Shown here in pieces: positions 1 through 14,332 of a stretch of DNA of 64,000 nt; position 1 is the stretch's first letter; each line of letters begins with the position of its first letter. Source of the DNA: Octopus vulgaris (Eukaryota); NCBI GenBank assembly GCA_951406725.2, contig OX597834.1:1240001-1304000 (forward strand), in the 5' to 3' direction. The notes under the pieces are model-generated. The model ran no database searches. It had not been told where the DNA came from and saw only the letters and a program-made list of their open reading frames with translations. Both the position numbers and the translations under genes were made by a program.

Positions 1-79
1 TGGAACACCTGTAACAATTGCAATAGGGATATTCCAACAAGGTCACAGTAAGGCCAACGTTGGTCAGACAGTCACTCAG

Positions 80-523
80 TTAATTAGTTAGACAGTGGCC
101 AAGGACATGACATGGTAGAAGATGACAGAGCAGTCCGATGCATGCTGAGAGGGTTCTGCTGCAGCTCGGGCATTGGTGGTCGGTTGGGACTGAAAGCAAG
201 GAATTGTTTCTGGACTTGTATAGCTTGCAATGTCTTTTGTGTCCCTGCAATCTCGTCCGTAGGAAGTGGCACCTCTGTTGGCGCAGCTTCGCCAGGCAGG
301 GCAGTTTTATGCTTATGTTTCCCAGGTGCCAGCGGGGGGTGGGGGTGGAGTAGATCTCAAACCTCTTCGGTGAGGCTTTGAGTGTATCCTTGAAGCACAT
401 TTTCCGACCCCCTTGTGTGCACTTGTCTTCTGCCAGTTTACTGTAAGACAGTTTCTTAAAGAGTCGCGTGTCGGGCATTCGTGCAAGGTGGCCTGCCCGC
501 CTGACTTGCGCTCTTCTCAGCAA
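80..523 (-). mobile_element. RTE-clade LINE, degraded 3' end of ORF2
   Basis: Translation RAGHLARMPDTRLFKKLSYSKLAEDKCTQGGRKMCFKDTLKAS...CPSCSRTLSACIGLLCHL matches the RTE ORF2 C-terminus pattern (WAGHVxRMPDxRLPKxLxYGELxxGKRxxGGQxKRFKDTLK; terminal CxxC..H..H). Confidence 0.85.
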
Positions 524-830
524 TGTGTAAATGCCAAAGTAACAACAAAAACAACAGCGATATATATCGAACAGGAACCAACATCTCGCTTACGTTCCCG
601 CCATCATGTTAACTTTACATATAAAAATGTATCCAGAAATAATCGTTAAATTTTCACTGAAAACTCGACAATACGGACGTAATTTAATCTTTTTCGTTTA
701 TTGGTATTCCTAGATCTAAAATGATAACGAAGATACGTCATCTTTGAGGCAGTTCCACACATTTCCTTCTTTGATACTGGTCGTGTAGTCGAGTTTTCTA
801 TCAAAAGAATAATTTCTTTAAAACAATTTC
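520..830 (+). mobile_element. Penelope-like element, degraded GIY-YIG endonuclease remnant
   Basis: CVNAKVTTKTTAIYIEQEPTSRLRSRHHVNFTYKN resembles the Y.A.V...YIG....R..H..NF.Y pattern seen more clearly at 57331-57540 and 45480-45640. Confidence 0.45.
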
Positions 831-1443
831 TTCTTCTTCGTCTTATTATCATTATGGTACTCAGAAACGCTAACTTCATTAAAAACTTTATTAATATCAA
901 TTCTATCGCTGCCGGCTATTAAAATCATTTGAATTATTTCTTCTATACTGCTTACATTATAAATTTTATTATAAAACCTGCAATTATAATGGATTTCGTT
1001 GCTGTGGCGTGTTTTGTTTTTATATTTATTTATGATGTAAATGTCCTTTTTTATGTAATATATAATTATACTTCTTATTTTATGTGTCCTTCGTATCGAT
1101 AAAATAATCTAAGCACCAGACCACTGTGCTACATATTAATTTTGACAAACAGTAATTTATGCACGGTAAAATATAAGACTTTATCATGGCGATTTTCATC
1201 TCTCAATATCTGTCAGTTAACTCTTAAAACAACGTTTATTTTGACATGTAACTGTAAAGATGGCGGCCACGTTGCGTGTCGGTCTGGAGGTTGCACCCAC
1301 ACATACAAGTACACATACACACAAACCACGTACACTATTATATACACACATATATCTATGTTCGTCACATATATATATATATATGGACATGAGCATGTGT
1401 GTATTTATATATGTAATTATGTATCTACGTATTCTTATGTGTG

Positions 1444-1498
<55 letters not shown>

Positions 1499-1876
1499 CA
1501 CATGAGCACATATATATATATATGAGCACATGCACACACACGCTCACACACGTATACATACAGACACAAGACATATACAAATATATGTTTTTATGTGCAT
1601 AAAAATATAAATTTATTGCGTTTTACTAATGCATGCATATAAACACGCACACACACACACACACACATATATATATGTGTGTGTGTGTGTATGTGTATGT
1701 GTGTGTTATCTTTTCATATGCAAGTTATCTTATATGCCTCTATGTGTATATATAAATAAATATATATATATATATACATACATATGTATTATATATATAT
1801 ATATGACTGTGTGAATATGTGCGTATATATATATATGTGCATATATATATATATATATGACTGTGTGACTATGTGC

Positions 1877-1933
<57 letters not shown>

Positions 1934-2520
1934 TATATGTGCGTGTGCGAAGATAATCTTAAACGGTAGAACAAATTAAATATGAATAGGAAATACGAAA
2001 TAACCAAAAAATAAAAAAAATACAAATCCGTCGAAACTCTGCAAAACTAGAGACAAAAATATAAAGAAAAAAACCGATCCACGAAAGAATGTCATATTTG
2101 ATGTGGAATGGAGAATGGAATGGCAGGAGTGTTTGGTTTTGATGGGAATATTCTGAAGAAATGTTATTATCTGGTGCTGATATCTTAAAAAGCATTAGAG
2201 CGAAAAATATTGAAATGTTGCGAAGAACGCTGCTAGCTCCAGGCCAAATGTCTTTTGGTTTAGAAGAAAAAATATTCCAGTCACTTAAGATTTTTGTTGT
2301 ATGTCATGTCACCGCGGTTCAGACAAATATACACTCGTCGATTAAAACTACTATATTATGCCGCCAGGCAGGATTGAACCCGGCTTATCTGATTTAAATG
2401 AAAATAATGAACATTAATGCCGTTGACAATATACAGCTGATGGTCGAAAGATAGCATTGAGTACAGACATGAGCACAAACACAAATATGCATATACATGT
2501 GAGTTTGTGTGCTTGAGAGC

Positions 2521-2602
<82 letters not shown>

Positions 2603-2669
2603 TTGTGTATATGTATACTAAGAGATATACAGATGTGTATGTGTATGTATGTATGGATATACACACCGA

Positions 2670-2723
<54 letters not shown>

Positions 2724-3184
2724 GGGTGTCATATATTTGCCTACGTTTATTATTAACAAAATGTAAAAGTATCCCTGCAAGACTATAAGGCAGGTCATAC
2801 AACCAGGGCCAGTGAAGAATAAGAATTCACTAGAATAAATTCTTCGTCCAATTTCCAGGACTGCATTTGGTTGTTAGAAGCCGAGGTTTCAGTCTTGAAA
2901 TCCTAACAAAAGCCTTTGCCCAACTATATCTCATCACCATTCTTTTATTTTGGGGGTTTGCTAGAATATACAGAGTACCTTCAGTTTTTTTGTTTTTTTC
3001 ACTTATTTGCACTTTCAGAATGTAGGAAAAAACATTGATCAGCGCATCGATGTTGTTTGGACGACAACGAAATGAGCACTGTCCCGTCAGTTGTAATTAT
3101 TATCTACATTGCCATTTCCTGCTTGGAAAGTCTAGTTTTTGAATGTATGGGGACAGACAGACAGACAGACAGATATATATATAC

Positions 3185-3307
<123 letters not shown>

Positions 3308-3330
3308 ATTTGAAACTGACTTATTGAAGT

Positions 3331-3373
3331 CCACCTGAAGATTGTCGATCAAGACAAGAAACGATTGTAGTGG
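3331..3373 (+). ncRNA. Type I hammerhead ribozyme (minimal, Penelope-like-element type), intact core
   Basis: ccac-CTGAAGA-ttgtc(gatcaa)gacaa-GAA-A-cgattg-T-A-gtgg: stem I ccac/gtgg, CUGANGA box, 5-bp stem II, GAAA, short near-palindromic stem III, GUA cleavage triplet. Confidence 0.85.
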
Positions 3374-3461
3374 CGGTTTTTTTGACTATTTATTAAAATT
3401 TTATGTATTGATTAAGTCTTTCCTTGTTTGTTTTGCAAAATAGTGGTTTTGTCTCTAATAA

Positions 3462-3508
<47 letters not shown>

Positions 3509-3569
3509 ATAAACACATAAATGTGAAACAAGGTAGGAAAAATAGTATCGAATACCGGGGGTAGAGTAA

Positions 3570-3713
3570 TATACTTTATTATTAAAGCTGAAAAAGACAT
3601 CACAAGAAAATCACAAAAATCTGCTACTCGGACGAACGGGAACGTGAAACTCTGAGTAGCACTTTTTTTTAATCATTTTGTGATGATTTTTGCAGCTTTA
3701 ATAATAAAGTGTA
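3570..3713. repeat. Fold-back inverted repeat (Penelope-type inverted pLTR) enclosing a hammerhead-like motif
   Basis: Arms 3570-3605 (tatactttattattaaagctgaaaaagacatcacaa) and 3678-3713 are reverse complements with few mismatches; inner pair tgctactc/gagtagca; centre cGGACGA-acg(ggaa)cgt-GAAA-ctc(t)gag-TA at 3629-3658. Confidence 0.75.
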
Positions 3714-4127
3714 TATATATATATATATAAAATGAAGGTATAGTTATCCAATTTATACAGCTGAACTAATTAGCGCTCAAATGAAGCTTCATAAATATAA
3801 ATAAAGGAGGAGAGAAACAAATTTCAAAGGTCGGTGTGTATATTCATTCAATCTATTTCAAATTATCGAAATTCTCCGCAATATATATCGATGCGTTCAC
3901 ATATATGAGACACGATAAAACTTCATAAGAATGTATAAATAAACATAGGAAGATTTATAAATATATAAAAATTCATAAATATATCTAAAAAATTATAAAC
4001 ATATAAAAATTAATAAATAAATAAATAGAAGTACTTGCGAGGTTTGAATGTCCGTTTTAGAATGAATGAGGAGGGAAGATGAGAAAGTTCAGAACAAGAC
4101 GATTCCTGAGGAATCCTGAATAAATAC

Positions 4128-4220
4128 AAAGTCTTATGGCCGTTTCAGGAAGATATCGGTTGGTGTGGGAGAGCTAACTCCAATCAGAGCAATTCTCTAT
4201 ACTTCTCTCATCAGACTTAA
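4128..4220 (-). ncRNA. Degenerate type I hammerhead motif with long stem II
   Basis: Minus strand: aagt-CTGATGA-gagaagtat...atatcttcct-GAAA-cggcc-ataagacttt; core boxes present, stem III (cggccg-like) and stem I register damaged. Confidence 0.5.
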
Positions 4221-4345
4221 GAGATTCAAAAGAGTTATTAAAATTTTAAGAAACATGAAAGATTTGAGAATTTATAAAAAACGAATACTTTGTCGGAGCA
4301 TGCTGTTCATGCGAATGATATGATTTTGTAAAATATTATTAACAA

Positions 4346-5065
4346 CTAGCAGTATAACCCGGCCTTGCCCGGGATTACATTACGGTTATTAAGCCAATCA
4401 AGTTCTTTATTTCAAACCAAACTAAGTAATATAGACGTCAAATTTGGGCGAAATCCGTTGAAATTAGTTATATTATATATATATATTATGTATATTATAT
4501 ATATATAATATTATATAAATATATATGGGCAACAGACATGAACGCACATACACACACGTACGTACGTGCAACTATTGCATGTTTTGTGCACGCATACATG
4601 TTCATAAACAGAAATGAATGGAAAAAATGTTGTTAAATTTGTAGATTAACACTCGCACTATTTTCACTAAAGTATATTTCAAAAACAAAAACGAAACATG
4701 TTACATTTTATTTTTTATGAACCTCATAACTTACTTTCTCTCTCTCTCTCCTTCTCTCACTTTGTCTTTCCCGTGAACTCTCTGTCTCCTTCTTCTACTT
4801 TTCTTTATCTTTTTTTTGTTAGACGCCATCAAAAAAGCCAAGGCTGATATTCCTCGTGGCTAAAAGCTATGTCTGAAAATAGATATTTACGCTACCCACG
4901 GGTGCCTTGGGGTAAAAAATAAGTTGACAAAACCCAGATAGGATGTTGACAAATGTCCTCCTAAAATTTGAGCGACATGCGTGCTAATTTGTGGACGTAC
5001 ATAAATGACAATCACGTACACACACACACACACACGCACACACATCCTCCCTTTTATAGATATGA
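4346..5065 (-). mobile_element. Non-autonomous Helitron (family A, copy 1)
   Basis: Minus strand starts TC (TCatatctataaaagggaggatgtgtg) and ends cccgggcaaggccggg hairpin + ttatactg-CTAG, between host A and T; 5' ~200 bp homologous to 59829-60040. Confidence 0.85.
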
Positions 5066-5197
5066 TTAGGTTTCACTGGTTAAGAAACGTTACGACGCTA
5101 TATACATGATAGTATTTTAAGACGAATCCATAATATGAAGGGTGACTAGATTAAAATCTTATTGGCTAATTATTTGGTGGGGAAGAATTTAAAAGTT

Positions 5198-5250
5198 GAA
5201 GGTTGTGAGTTCGAATCCCGGACCGGGCTGCATGTTGTGTTGTTGAGCCA
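5198..5250 (+). mobile_element. tRNA-derived SINE head fragment
   Basis: B-box-like gagttcgaatccc followed by tgtgttgttgagc, similar to the SINE head at 24842. Confidence 0.5.
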
Positions 5251-5293
5251 GATATAGCGAATAAGGCAGCGTCTCATTAGGCCAACAATGTCT

Positions 5294-5382
<89 letters not shown>

Positions 5383-6235
5383 TTAGCACCAGTTTCAGAC
5401 TATTTTCTCTGTTTCCAGGAACAATACGATGCATTTACTGTGTCATGCAAAGATCGGTGCTCCATGTACTAATGCTATTTTAGGGGTGTAAATAAAGACT
5501 TTGACCTATAAGAGAGTGTAGGGTTTCCGATAAAGTAATTAGATTTGACTTTGGTAGATATTTTTATTTTAACATGAGAAGTACGAAGAAAACTATTTCC
5601 TGTTGATTTTGTTAATGTGCTGAAGCATTGAACCCGCGTCTTCATGGTTATAGCAAGAACTTGCTAATCGCGCAGTTACATTTGTGTGTTAATAATGAAA
5701 AAAATTCTAATGAGAGAGATTAAAATTGATAGATGTGCAGCGAAGCGAAGTATTAATGTCTTAAACATTTGTTGTGCAATATAATACTTTATTCAACTTG
5801 GTTTTTCATCCGATTTCCGATTAAAAACTAGACGTGGCGGCAAAAAAGAAAAAAATAACATTTTGTTCTTGATTTGCAGAAAATAAATTATATTTTGATA
5901 TATTTTCTTCTCTATTATTCTTAGCTTTCGAAAGATTTGGAATATAACATTGTTGAGGTATCTTTTTGCACCTGGGGATGTTTACATCGTTGAAGTGTTG
6001 TTTGGTGTGGGTGGAAACAACGTAGCCAAGGCCCGTCAGCAACCGCCAGTGAATGGTTTTACGTATTTATTATAAGCCACAGACCCATCTCTACAGAGCG
6101 GCCACATCATAGATTTGTCTCACTCTTCTCGTCAGCTATACTTCGTTCACACACCAAGATCGACATAGCGTATTCCTTCAATACATACATCGATACAAAC
6201 GCACGTATTCATGCACGCACACACATACACACACA

Positions 6236-6287
<52 letters not shown>

Positions 6288-6458
6288 TACACAGACAAGC
6301 AAATTACACTTTTACAAGTAGTGTCCGACGAAATTCGACTTCATTGAAACTCCTTTTCTTTCAGAAATATGGATATGTACTCTAAAAAAAGTACTGAGTA
6401 ATCTTTGAGTTTCAAATCAAATTGTTTTTATTATATCTCATCATAAAAAGAAACGTAA

Positions 6459-6628
<170 letters not shown>

Positions 6629-7536
6629 CTAAAACAAATTTCCATTGACGTTCTCCTTCATGACCCATTTCTTGGTTCCCTCAGGAATATTTAATTTCTT
6701 GATATTGGTTCGGCTATTGAACTATCGCTGCAGTTATTGAACTGCATCCATTTCCGATTTGCTCCAATTTCTTCTCAAAAGGAAACATCGAATATATATA
6801 ACACACTGTGAAGAATTGTACATTAACACATGCATACATACACACACATACACACACACATACATACATATACTTGTTTGTAGGTATGTAGGTATGTGTA
6901 TATGTATATTGTATATATATGCATCTATGTATGTATAAATATATGTATTTGTATAGATATTGATGTACTCTAATCTGTGTATATATTTTTTCAAAATAAT
7001 CACAAAGGTATTGATTAAATATGGTAAAGCTCCGATGGATGAAACTGCAGTTCTAGGCCTGTGGCTTTCAATAAAAGAATTCCGAGCTCCTCTTATTCCT
7101 GTGTTCTTTCTGGTATTTGACTATTCCAGAATGTGGTGTCTGCTTCACCCTAGTGGACTGTATCCGTCAAACTACAGAGAACTACACTGATGTGATGCTC
7201 TATCACACACACACACACACACACACACACAACAGATGCACCCACACATATAAGTATATATTGCCATCAAGGCCGGTATTTTCTCTGCAGGTATGGCTTG
7301 GTATCACCTCACACCATTATTTCGTTAAACATTCCATTCACACAGCTAGACGTCAGCTGACAGCAACACTTGCCCGTACATTTTTTTAAGATTTTTTTTT
7401 CTTTTTAAATATTGTCTTTAGATGAAATACTGAGTATTTCTTGGTCGTAGCCAATATTCTTACCTTTTTCTAACACCAGAGAAAGTATCATATATAGAGA
7501 GATGTATGAGTGTGTGTATGTTAGTGTATAAATATA

Positions 7537-7572
<36 letters not shown>

Positions 7573-9590
7573 CATATATATATATAAATGCAGGTGTGTA
7601 TATATATATATGTTAACTACCTAAGGGAAGTTTTGTTGTACCTTGATTATAACTGAAACGGTCTGTTCTACGCTATAATTGGTTCCATGCCTGTTTTTAT
7701 AATTACTTGGTTGCAATACAAAGTTTTAAGTGTTTTCATCAAGTCTATAGTTTTGAGAATGTTCCTAGAGAAATTTTTTACCACAAATTCCTTATGTTAG
7801 CTAAGCACACTCATACACACACACACACACACACTCTCTCTCTCTCCGTCGCAATCACATACGCACACACACTCTCTCTCTGTCAATCTTTCTCTCTCTC
7901 TCCGTCTCTCCTCTGTCTTTCCCTCTCTCTCTCCGTCTTGCATCTCTCTTTCTCTCTCCGTCGCAATCACATACACATACTCTCTCTCTCTCTTGCGTGC
8001 GTTCACGTAGACACTCTCTCACTTACGTAGACCCCTTCCGCTCTATCTCTTTGTCGCACTTACTTAAACTTTCTCTCTCCCTCTCTCTCCCTCACTCATA
8101 TAAGTAGACTTTCTCTCTTCCTCACTCACCTAGGCACGCACTCTCCCCACTCCCTCATGCTCGTAGGCTCCGTCCATATTGTTGACACCGACGGCTTTTC
8201 ATTATCTCGATTTGTCTTCACTTCAAACATAAATCATAAACACATTGCTAACAGTTGCAGTTCAATTCACTCTTTTTGCATTTCGGTTTTTACGAAACCC
8301 AAAAATCATGAAAATATTCAATAAAATACGTTTAAATATTTGTTGTGCAAGATTTTTTTATTCAATAAAACTTTTACATAAAATTTATTTCAATTTTTAC
8401 TAATTTACACATCACATTTCTCTATTGTTTCAGAGGATTTTTTACCAATCAAACTCCCCCTCCCTCCCTATCTCTCTCTATCTCTCTCATACATACAGCA
8501 CACACACTCTCGTACACATATATGTAGCACATACACACACATACAGCATATATACACAAATACGCACACAGTACACAGAGAATCTCCTTCACACACATAC
8601 ACACACACTGCCCCTCACCTACAGCACACACACTACCTCTCTCTCTCTCTCAACCCTTCTCTCTCACACACATACACACAAAACATACGCACATATAGCA
8701 CAAAAAGATACACACTGCTTCACTCTCAGCCTCTCCCTCTCCCTCTCTCTCTCTCGCACGCACACACACACACATACACACACACACACACACAGATACA
8801 TCATTCTGCGTAGATTATATATCATTTCATGTTTTAGGTATTTATTTCTTAATTTCACAATTCCTTTATCTCCTTCTTGATTTGTTTTTACTTTTACACC
8901 AAAAGGTTCTGATTGATTATTTGCAAGAGAAAAGAGGAAAGGGAAAAGGGAAAGCCGGGGTCAAAGGACCGGGGTCAAAGGATGATGTCAGGAAGTGGCG
9001 AGGACGAGGAGACAACAGGAAAGAGCTGAGATGTCGGCGGCGGCGGCGGCGGCAAAGTGAGGAACTAAAGAAGAGGGGAAACTCAAGTGGAACAGGAATG
9101 GACATCTGCTGGATGTGAGAGGAAGAACAATTTGCAAAACTTAGATCCGCCAAGATTAATGTTGGTGCCTTCAAAAATGACATTTCTAGGAATCCATCCC
9201 GAGGATGAAGATGTACCTGTTCAGTGGAGCCAGTTCCCAAAGCAGTCACGTTTTGTCATGACTATACATAAAGTACAAAGGTAGACCACGCAGAATGTCT
9301 TAACGTGTCGTGAGAAACGGTATTCTAGCAAGGTTATCCGTATGTGGCTTTAAGCCGGGGAATAAGAAGCGAAAATGTTAGAAGGAAGCCAGGTCTGCTA
9401 GAAACGCCGCCATAAAATGCGTTCTCCTTTAAACCGCCAAGAGGCAGAGTTGTCCTTCCTTTATGCGGAAAGCATTATCAAAACCCTTCCAGACAAGGCA
9501 TTCATATCCACAGTTTTCTTCATGCTTTTCACAGATTACTATCATTTGGATAGTTTCAAGTAAAGTTGAATCTTAGATTAAATGCGTGTG

Positions 9591-9637
<47 letters not shown>

Positions 9638-9639
9638 GT

Positions 9640-10450
9640 ACAAATAACCAAAGTGAGGATCCAGCCGTTTCAGGCTTTTCCACGTGTAAACTGCTTCGTA
9701 TTTCTGACGTCTCCGCTGCAGGCAATCAACTCGTAGTTTTCTCAGCTCCTCCCAGTCGTTCATCTGCTGCGCTGTTACAATCATTTTTTACGACAGTAGC
9801 GTTGAATCACTTACAAGCTCCGCTGTTAGTCTGCCATTGTCAAGTGACCACAGCTGAGAGCAGTAATCCAGGCGGTTGAGATCAAAGGACATCCACAGGA
9901 TCAACATGAAAGACTTTATTATCCACCCTGCTAATTGTCTGCACTTCGTTGCCATCTTCCTAATGTGCGTCACTACACATATTGACCCCTAAGTCTCGCT
10001 CTGCCTATGACTTAGCGATTGCTGTGCCTTCGGGTCCTATGTATGCAGGTTGCAGTCCAGTTGATAGCGCAGTACTTGAGATTTACCAACATTAATCTGC
10101 ATGTTGTTCTCTTCACACAACTTGCATCTTGCATTTAGATCCCGCTGCAAGCTTACAGCATCGTTAATGTCCCTGTTGCTTATGATAATTAAGTATCATC
10201 GGCTTAGTTAGGGACAGCAGCTGTCGAATTGCCCATATCTAAGAGACTCACTTTGAACAGTAATGGTCCCAAGACAGTTCCCTGTGGAACTCCACTCAGA
10301 ATTCTTGTTTCACTAGAGAGAGAGCACAATTGGCTAAAACCACCGGGCTTCTATCCTTTGAGAAGTCATGAAGTCTCTCTCTTAGTTTATTTAGCTACGC
10401 GAAAATCTCGCAGTTTGTAATATATCATGCTATGATTCAAAACCCATCAT
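9640..10450 (-). mobile_element. CR1/L2/Jockey-group LINE reverse transcriptase remnant
   Basis: Minus-strand frames give SETRILSGVPQGTVLGPLLF (10255-10315), an ADDT motif (~10193-10204), KCRQLAGWIIKSF, RLDYCSQLWS and ELRKLRVDCLQRRR...YTWK in the expected order, with frameshifts. Confidence 0.85.
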
Positions 10451-10624
10451 GGTGATGTGTGTATGCGTTTGTTTATATGAGAGTGTGTGTGCATGAGTGT
10501 GTGTGAGCATGTGTGCTTGCACATATATATATATGAGAGCATACAAATAACACTTCGTGTATACCACACGCGTATTTTTGCCTATATGTATTCACGTGTA
10601 TGTGTATATGCCAATATGTATTTA

Positions 10625-10660
<36 letters not shown>

Positions 10661-10715
10661 TAGATATATTCACAAATACATATATATACACACAAAACAC
10701 ATACATCCATATATG

Positions 10716-10775
<60 letters not shown>

Positions 10776-10956
10776 GTATGTATGTATGTATGTATGTATG
10801 TATGTATTCATACGCACGTATGTGTAAATATATATACATTTAAACATATGCATATATGTATGTACGCAGTATATGTATATATATATATATATAAATATAT
10901 AAATATATACATACATATATATGTATATACTATATACATTTATATATACATACATA

Positions 10957-10992
<36 letters not shown>

Positions 10993-11463
10993 TGTATGTA
11001 TGTATGTATGTATGTATGTATGTATGTATGCATATATATATGATATGTAATCCAATGTTGTACAATAACTAATTCCATCTCCCTAATTGCCTTTCTCTTC
11101 ATATTTATGTTACCAATAGTTTTTAGATTTTATCAGAAAGTCCCAAAAATGGACAATTATCGACATAGAAAAGTTGTTGTTTTTTTTTACCATTTAAAAC
11201 AATCACAATTCATCAGTAAAAGATATTTCCAATTCTACAAACACAAGTCGTTTTTTTTCTATACATATTTTTTGAATGGTTTGTGTTTGAGTTTTTGATT
11301 TTCTGATGTCTTTTTGGATGTTTTTAATTCTCCTGTTTTCTTTCAACATTTCTCTTACGTTCCTAAACTAATATTATTCCCTTACACCGACTCATACACG
11401 CACATACACACATACACACACACACATGCATATATATATATATATATACATACATACGTACGT

Positions 11464-11506
<43 letters not shown>

Positions 11507-12017
11507 ACATTAGGTATGTCTAAAGCTATGCATATATGTATGCGCATATAGTACACATATGTGCATGTATAATTTTATATATATATATATAAATGTACGT
11601 ACGTATGTATATATACAAACACACTCATACACATCATATAGAGACACACAACACACGTACATACAGATGCACGCACACTTACAAACTGTCAGACACACAC
11701 ACGAACATGTAGGCACACACGCACGCACACACACACACATGCAAACACATACACACACACACAACATACGTTCCTAGGCATAGATTGGAACTTGTGGACA
11801 AATTGATAGAAACAAAGGTACGTTCAAGGTTTGACAGATGAAGCGATTCCATTTTACATTCGTTACAATCATTACGTAACTAGTTTCACACACACACACA
11901 CGCACATATATACATACGCGTGTGTGTGTATACAGAGAGAAACACAGTGAAGGAAAGAGCGAGTAAGAGAGACGGGAGATTAAGGATATCTCTATGTGTG
12001 TACGTACATACATGCTA

Positions 12018-12065
<48 letters not shown>

Positions 12066-12074
12066 TATATATAG

Positions 12075-12127
<53 letters not shown>

Positions 12128-12190
12128 TATATGCAGGCATATAACTCTACTCATGCATACACACACATATATACACACATACATACATAC

Positions 12191-12242
<52 letters not shown>

Positions 12243-13099
12243 ATATATATATATAAATATGTATATACATTTCTGGGCTTCCTATCTTCTGCACCAAATC
12301 GCCATACATACATACATATCATACATACATACATACATACATACATACATACATACATACATACATAAATACATACATACATACATACGCATATATCTGC
12401 TCCTTGTTCACACCCAAAATAATTGCCATGATGATTAGACCTAAAATAGTTTCCTAAAATGAAAATTCTTCACCTAATCTTGACAGAATAATCTCCAAGA
12501 GAATCCCTTGTGACGCATTCACCACTCAATACTGCCAACCATTCCAGTTCTGCCGTTCCTTTTTGCAGATTAAAGAATCTTGTTCAACGTCCATATATAA
12601 AACAATAAACAGTGCATTCCTCCATAACGTATCGTACAGCACGGCATTATATCGATGTTGGTGCTGTTTAGCTTCAGGTCAACACCAACCAGCGTGGCCT
12701 ATGATCAGAAGCGTCCATCCATTACCATCCCGATTACAGTAGGAGTTATTTTATATAATAAGTGTAGACGGGGTGGGGAAGAGACGCACACCTTGAGTTG
12801 GCGAACGACTCTGGAACGCTTACAACCCGAAACCTCCTGGTCAGAGCCTTCTGGTCACTTCTTCCCCCACTTTCGGTACATCATACTTAACCTCACCGTC
12901 CACTACCGGCGCATCATCCACTACGACACAGTATATCTGGGACCACGTGGATCAACTTGTCCATTTGATTCTTGCCAAAATTGTATAATAATGATATAGA
13001 AGGCCACAAACCAAAACAAACACGTGATTAAAGACATCTAAATTTTATACCCCAGCAATTGAGACACGGGTCGTATTCGCCTTGTTTTGTCGCCTAAAA

Positions 13100-13450
13100 A
13101 GACGCAAGCCACGGAAAGATCACTTCAACCTGATGTTGATGCCCTGGATATCCAGACGTTCTGAAGATGTATTTGAGAATCTTATTTAAGTAGACAAATA
13201 TCAACGGAATATAACTTTGATAACTTTGATAGGTTTTGACCAACATACACCTAGCCAGCACCATTTGCTGAAGTCTTTCAGTCATATTTGGGGACCGTGG
13301 CCCACTCTAGCAAAGAGTTATTATTGTTGGAGGTTGGTCCGGAATTTTTGAAGAAATTTGTCCAGTGAACATTTGAATTTTTTGGGATCCGTTTCCGTTT
13401 TGACGTACGTTGGTGAGGTATTAAAGAGAGCTGGACCGGTTGCGGTCAAG
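13100..13450 (-). mobile_element. Penelope-like GIY-YIG remnant
   Basis: Minus strand ...SKWC..*VYVGQ.. at ~13235-13270, the CxxC-x-YVGQT motif of PLE endonucleases; heavily decayed. Confidence 0.4.
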
Positions 13451-13586
13451 TAATTGTGATGAAATGTTGCTATGGATACACAGGAAAATAAGAAGATAAA
13501 GAGAAAAAGGTTGACTGAAACATAAAATTAGAACCCAGTCATGTTTCCAGCACAACACATGCATATAGTACACATCACTGTTTCTC

Positions 13587-13622
<36 letters not shown>

Positions 13623-13651
13623 GCTCTCTCTCTCTCTCCTTCACTCTTTCA

Positions 13652-13707
<56 letters not shown>

Positions 13708-13731
13708 CACAGTATGGACAGATAGATAAAT

Positions 13732-13834
<103 letters not shown>

Positions 13835-14171
13835 CAGACATATATATATATATATATATATATACATAGATATACATATTTTTGTGTGTGTATATTTATA
13901 AATATACACATACATGTATATTGCATGTGTGTGTAGGTAGTTTTGGTCGTTGGGTGCGTGTCTTTATTCCACTTACTCCAAGAACAGCCATTATCTTGGA
14001 TTAGTATTCACACTTCTACAGTGCGGAAAAGCATGGAATAGATTTATTGCTATTCATACTAACGGTGAAGAATCCCTCTTATATGGAGAGAAGTATTTAT
14101 AAACATATGTACATACACACACACACACATATATATAAACATATATATAGATACACGCACACATACATACG

Positions 14172-14213
<42 letters not shown>

Positions 14214-14283
14214 ACATATATATTCATGTGTATACATATATATATATTGACGCACACACACACACACACGCACACACGCACAC

Positions 14284-14332
<49 letters not shown>

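Noticed and set aside
1257-1267. Perfect YY1-like motif AAGATGGCGGC (related motifs near 23125, 24675 and 33167)
   Set aside because: Isolated short motifs with no promoter or CpG-island context
6045-6140. CTGACGA on the minus strand
   Set aside because: No correctly placed GAAA or stem II partner
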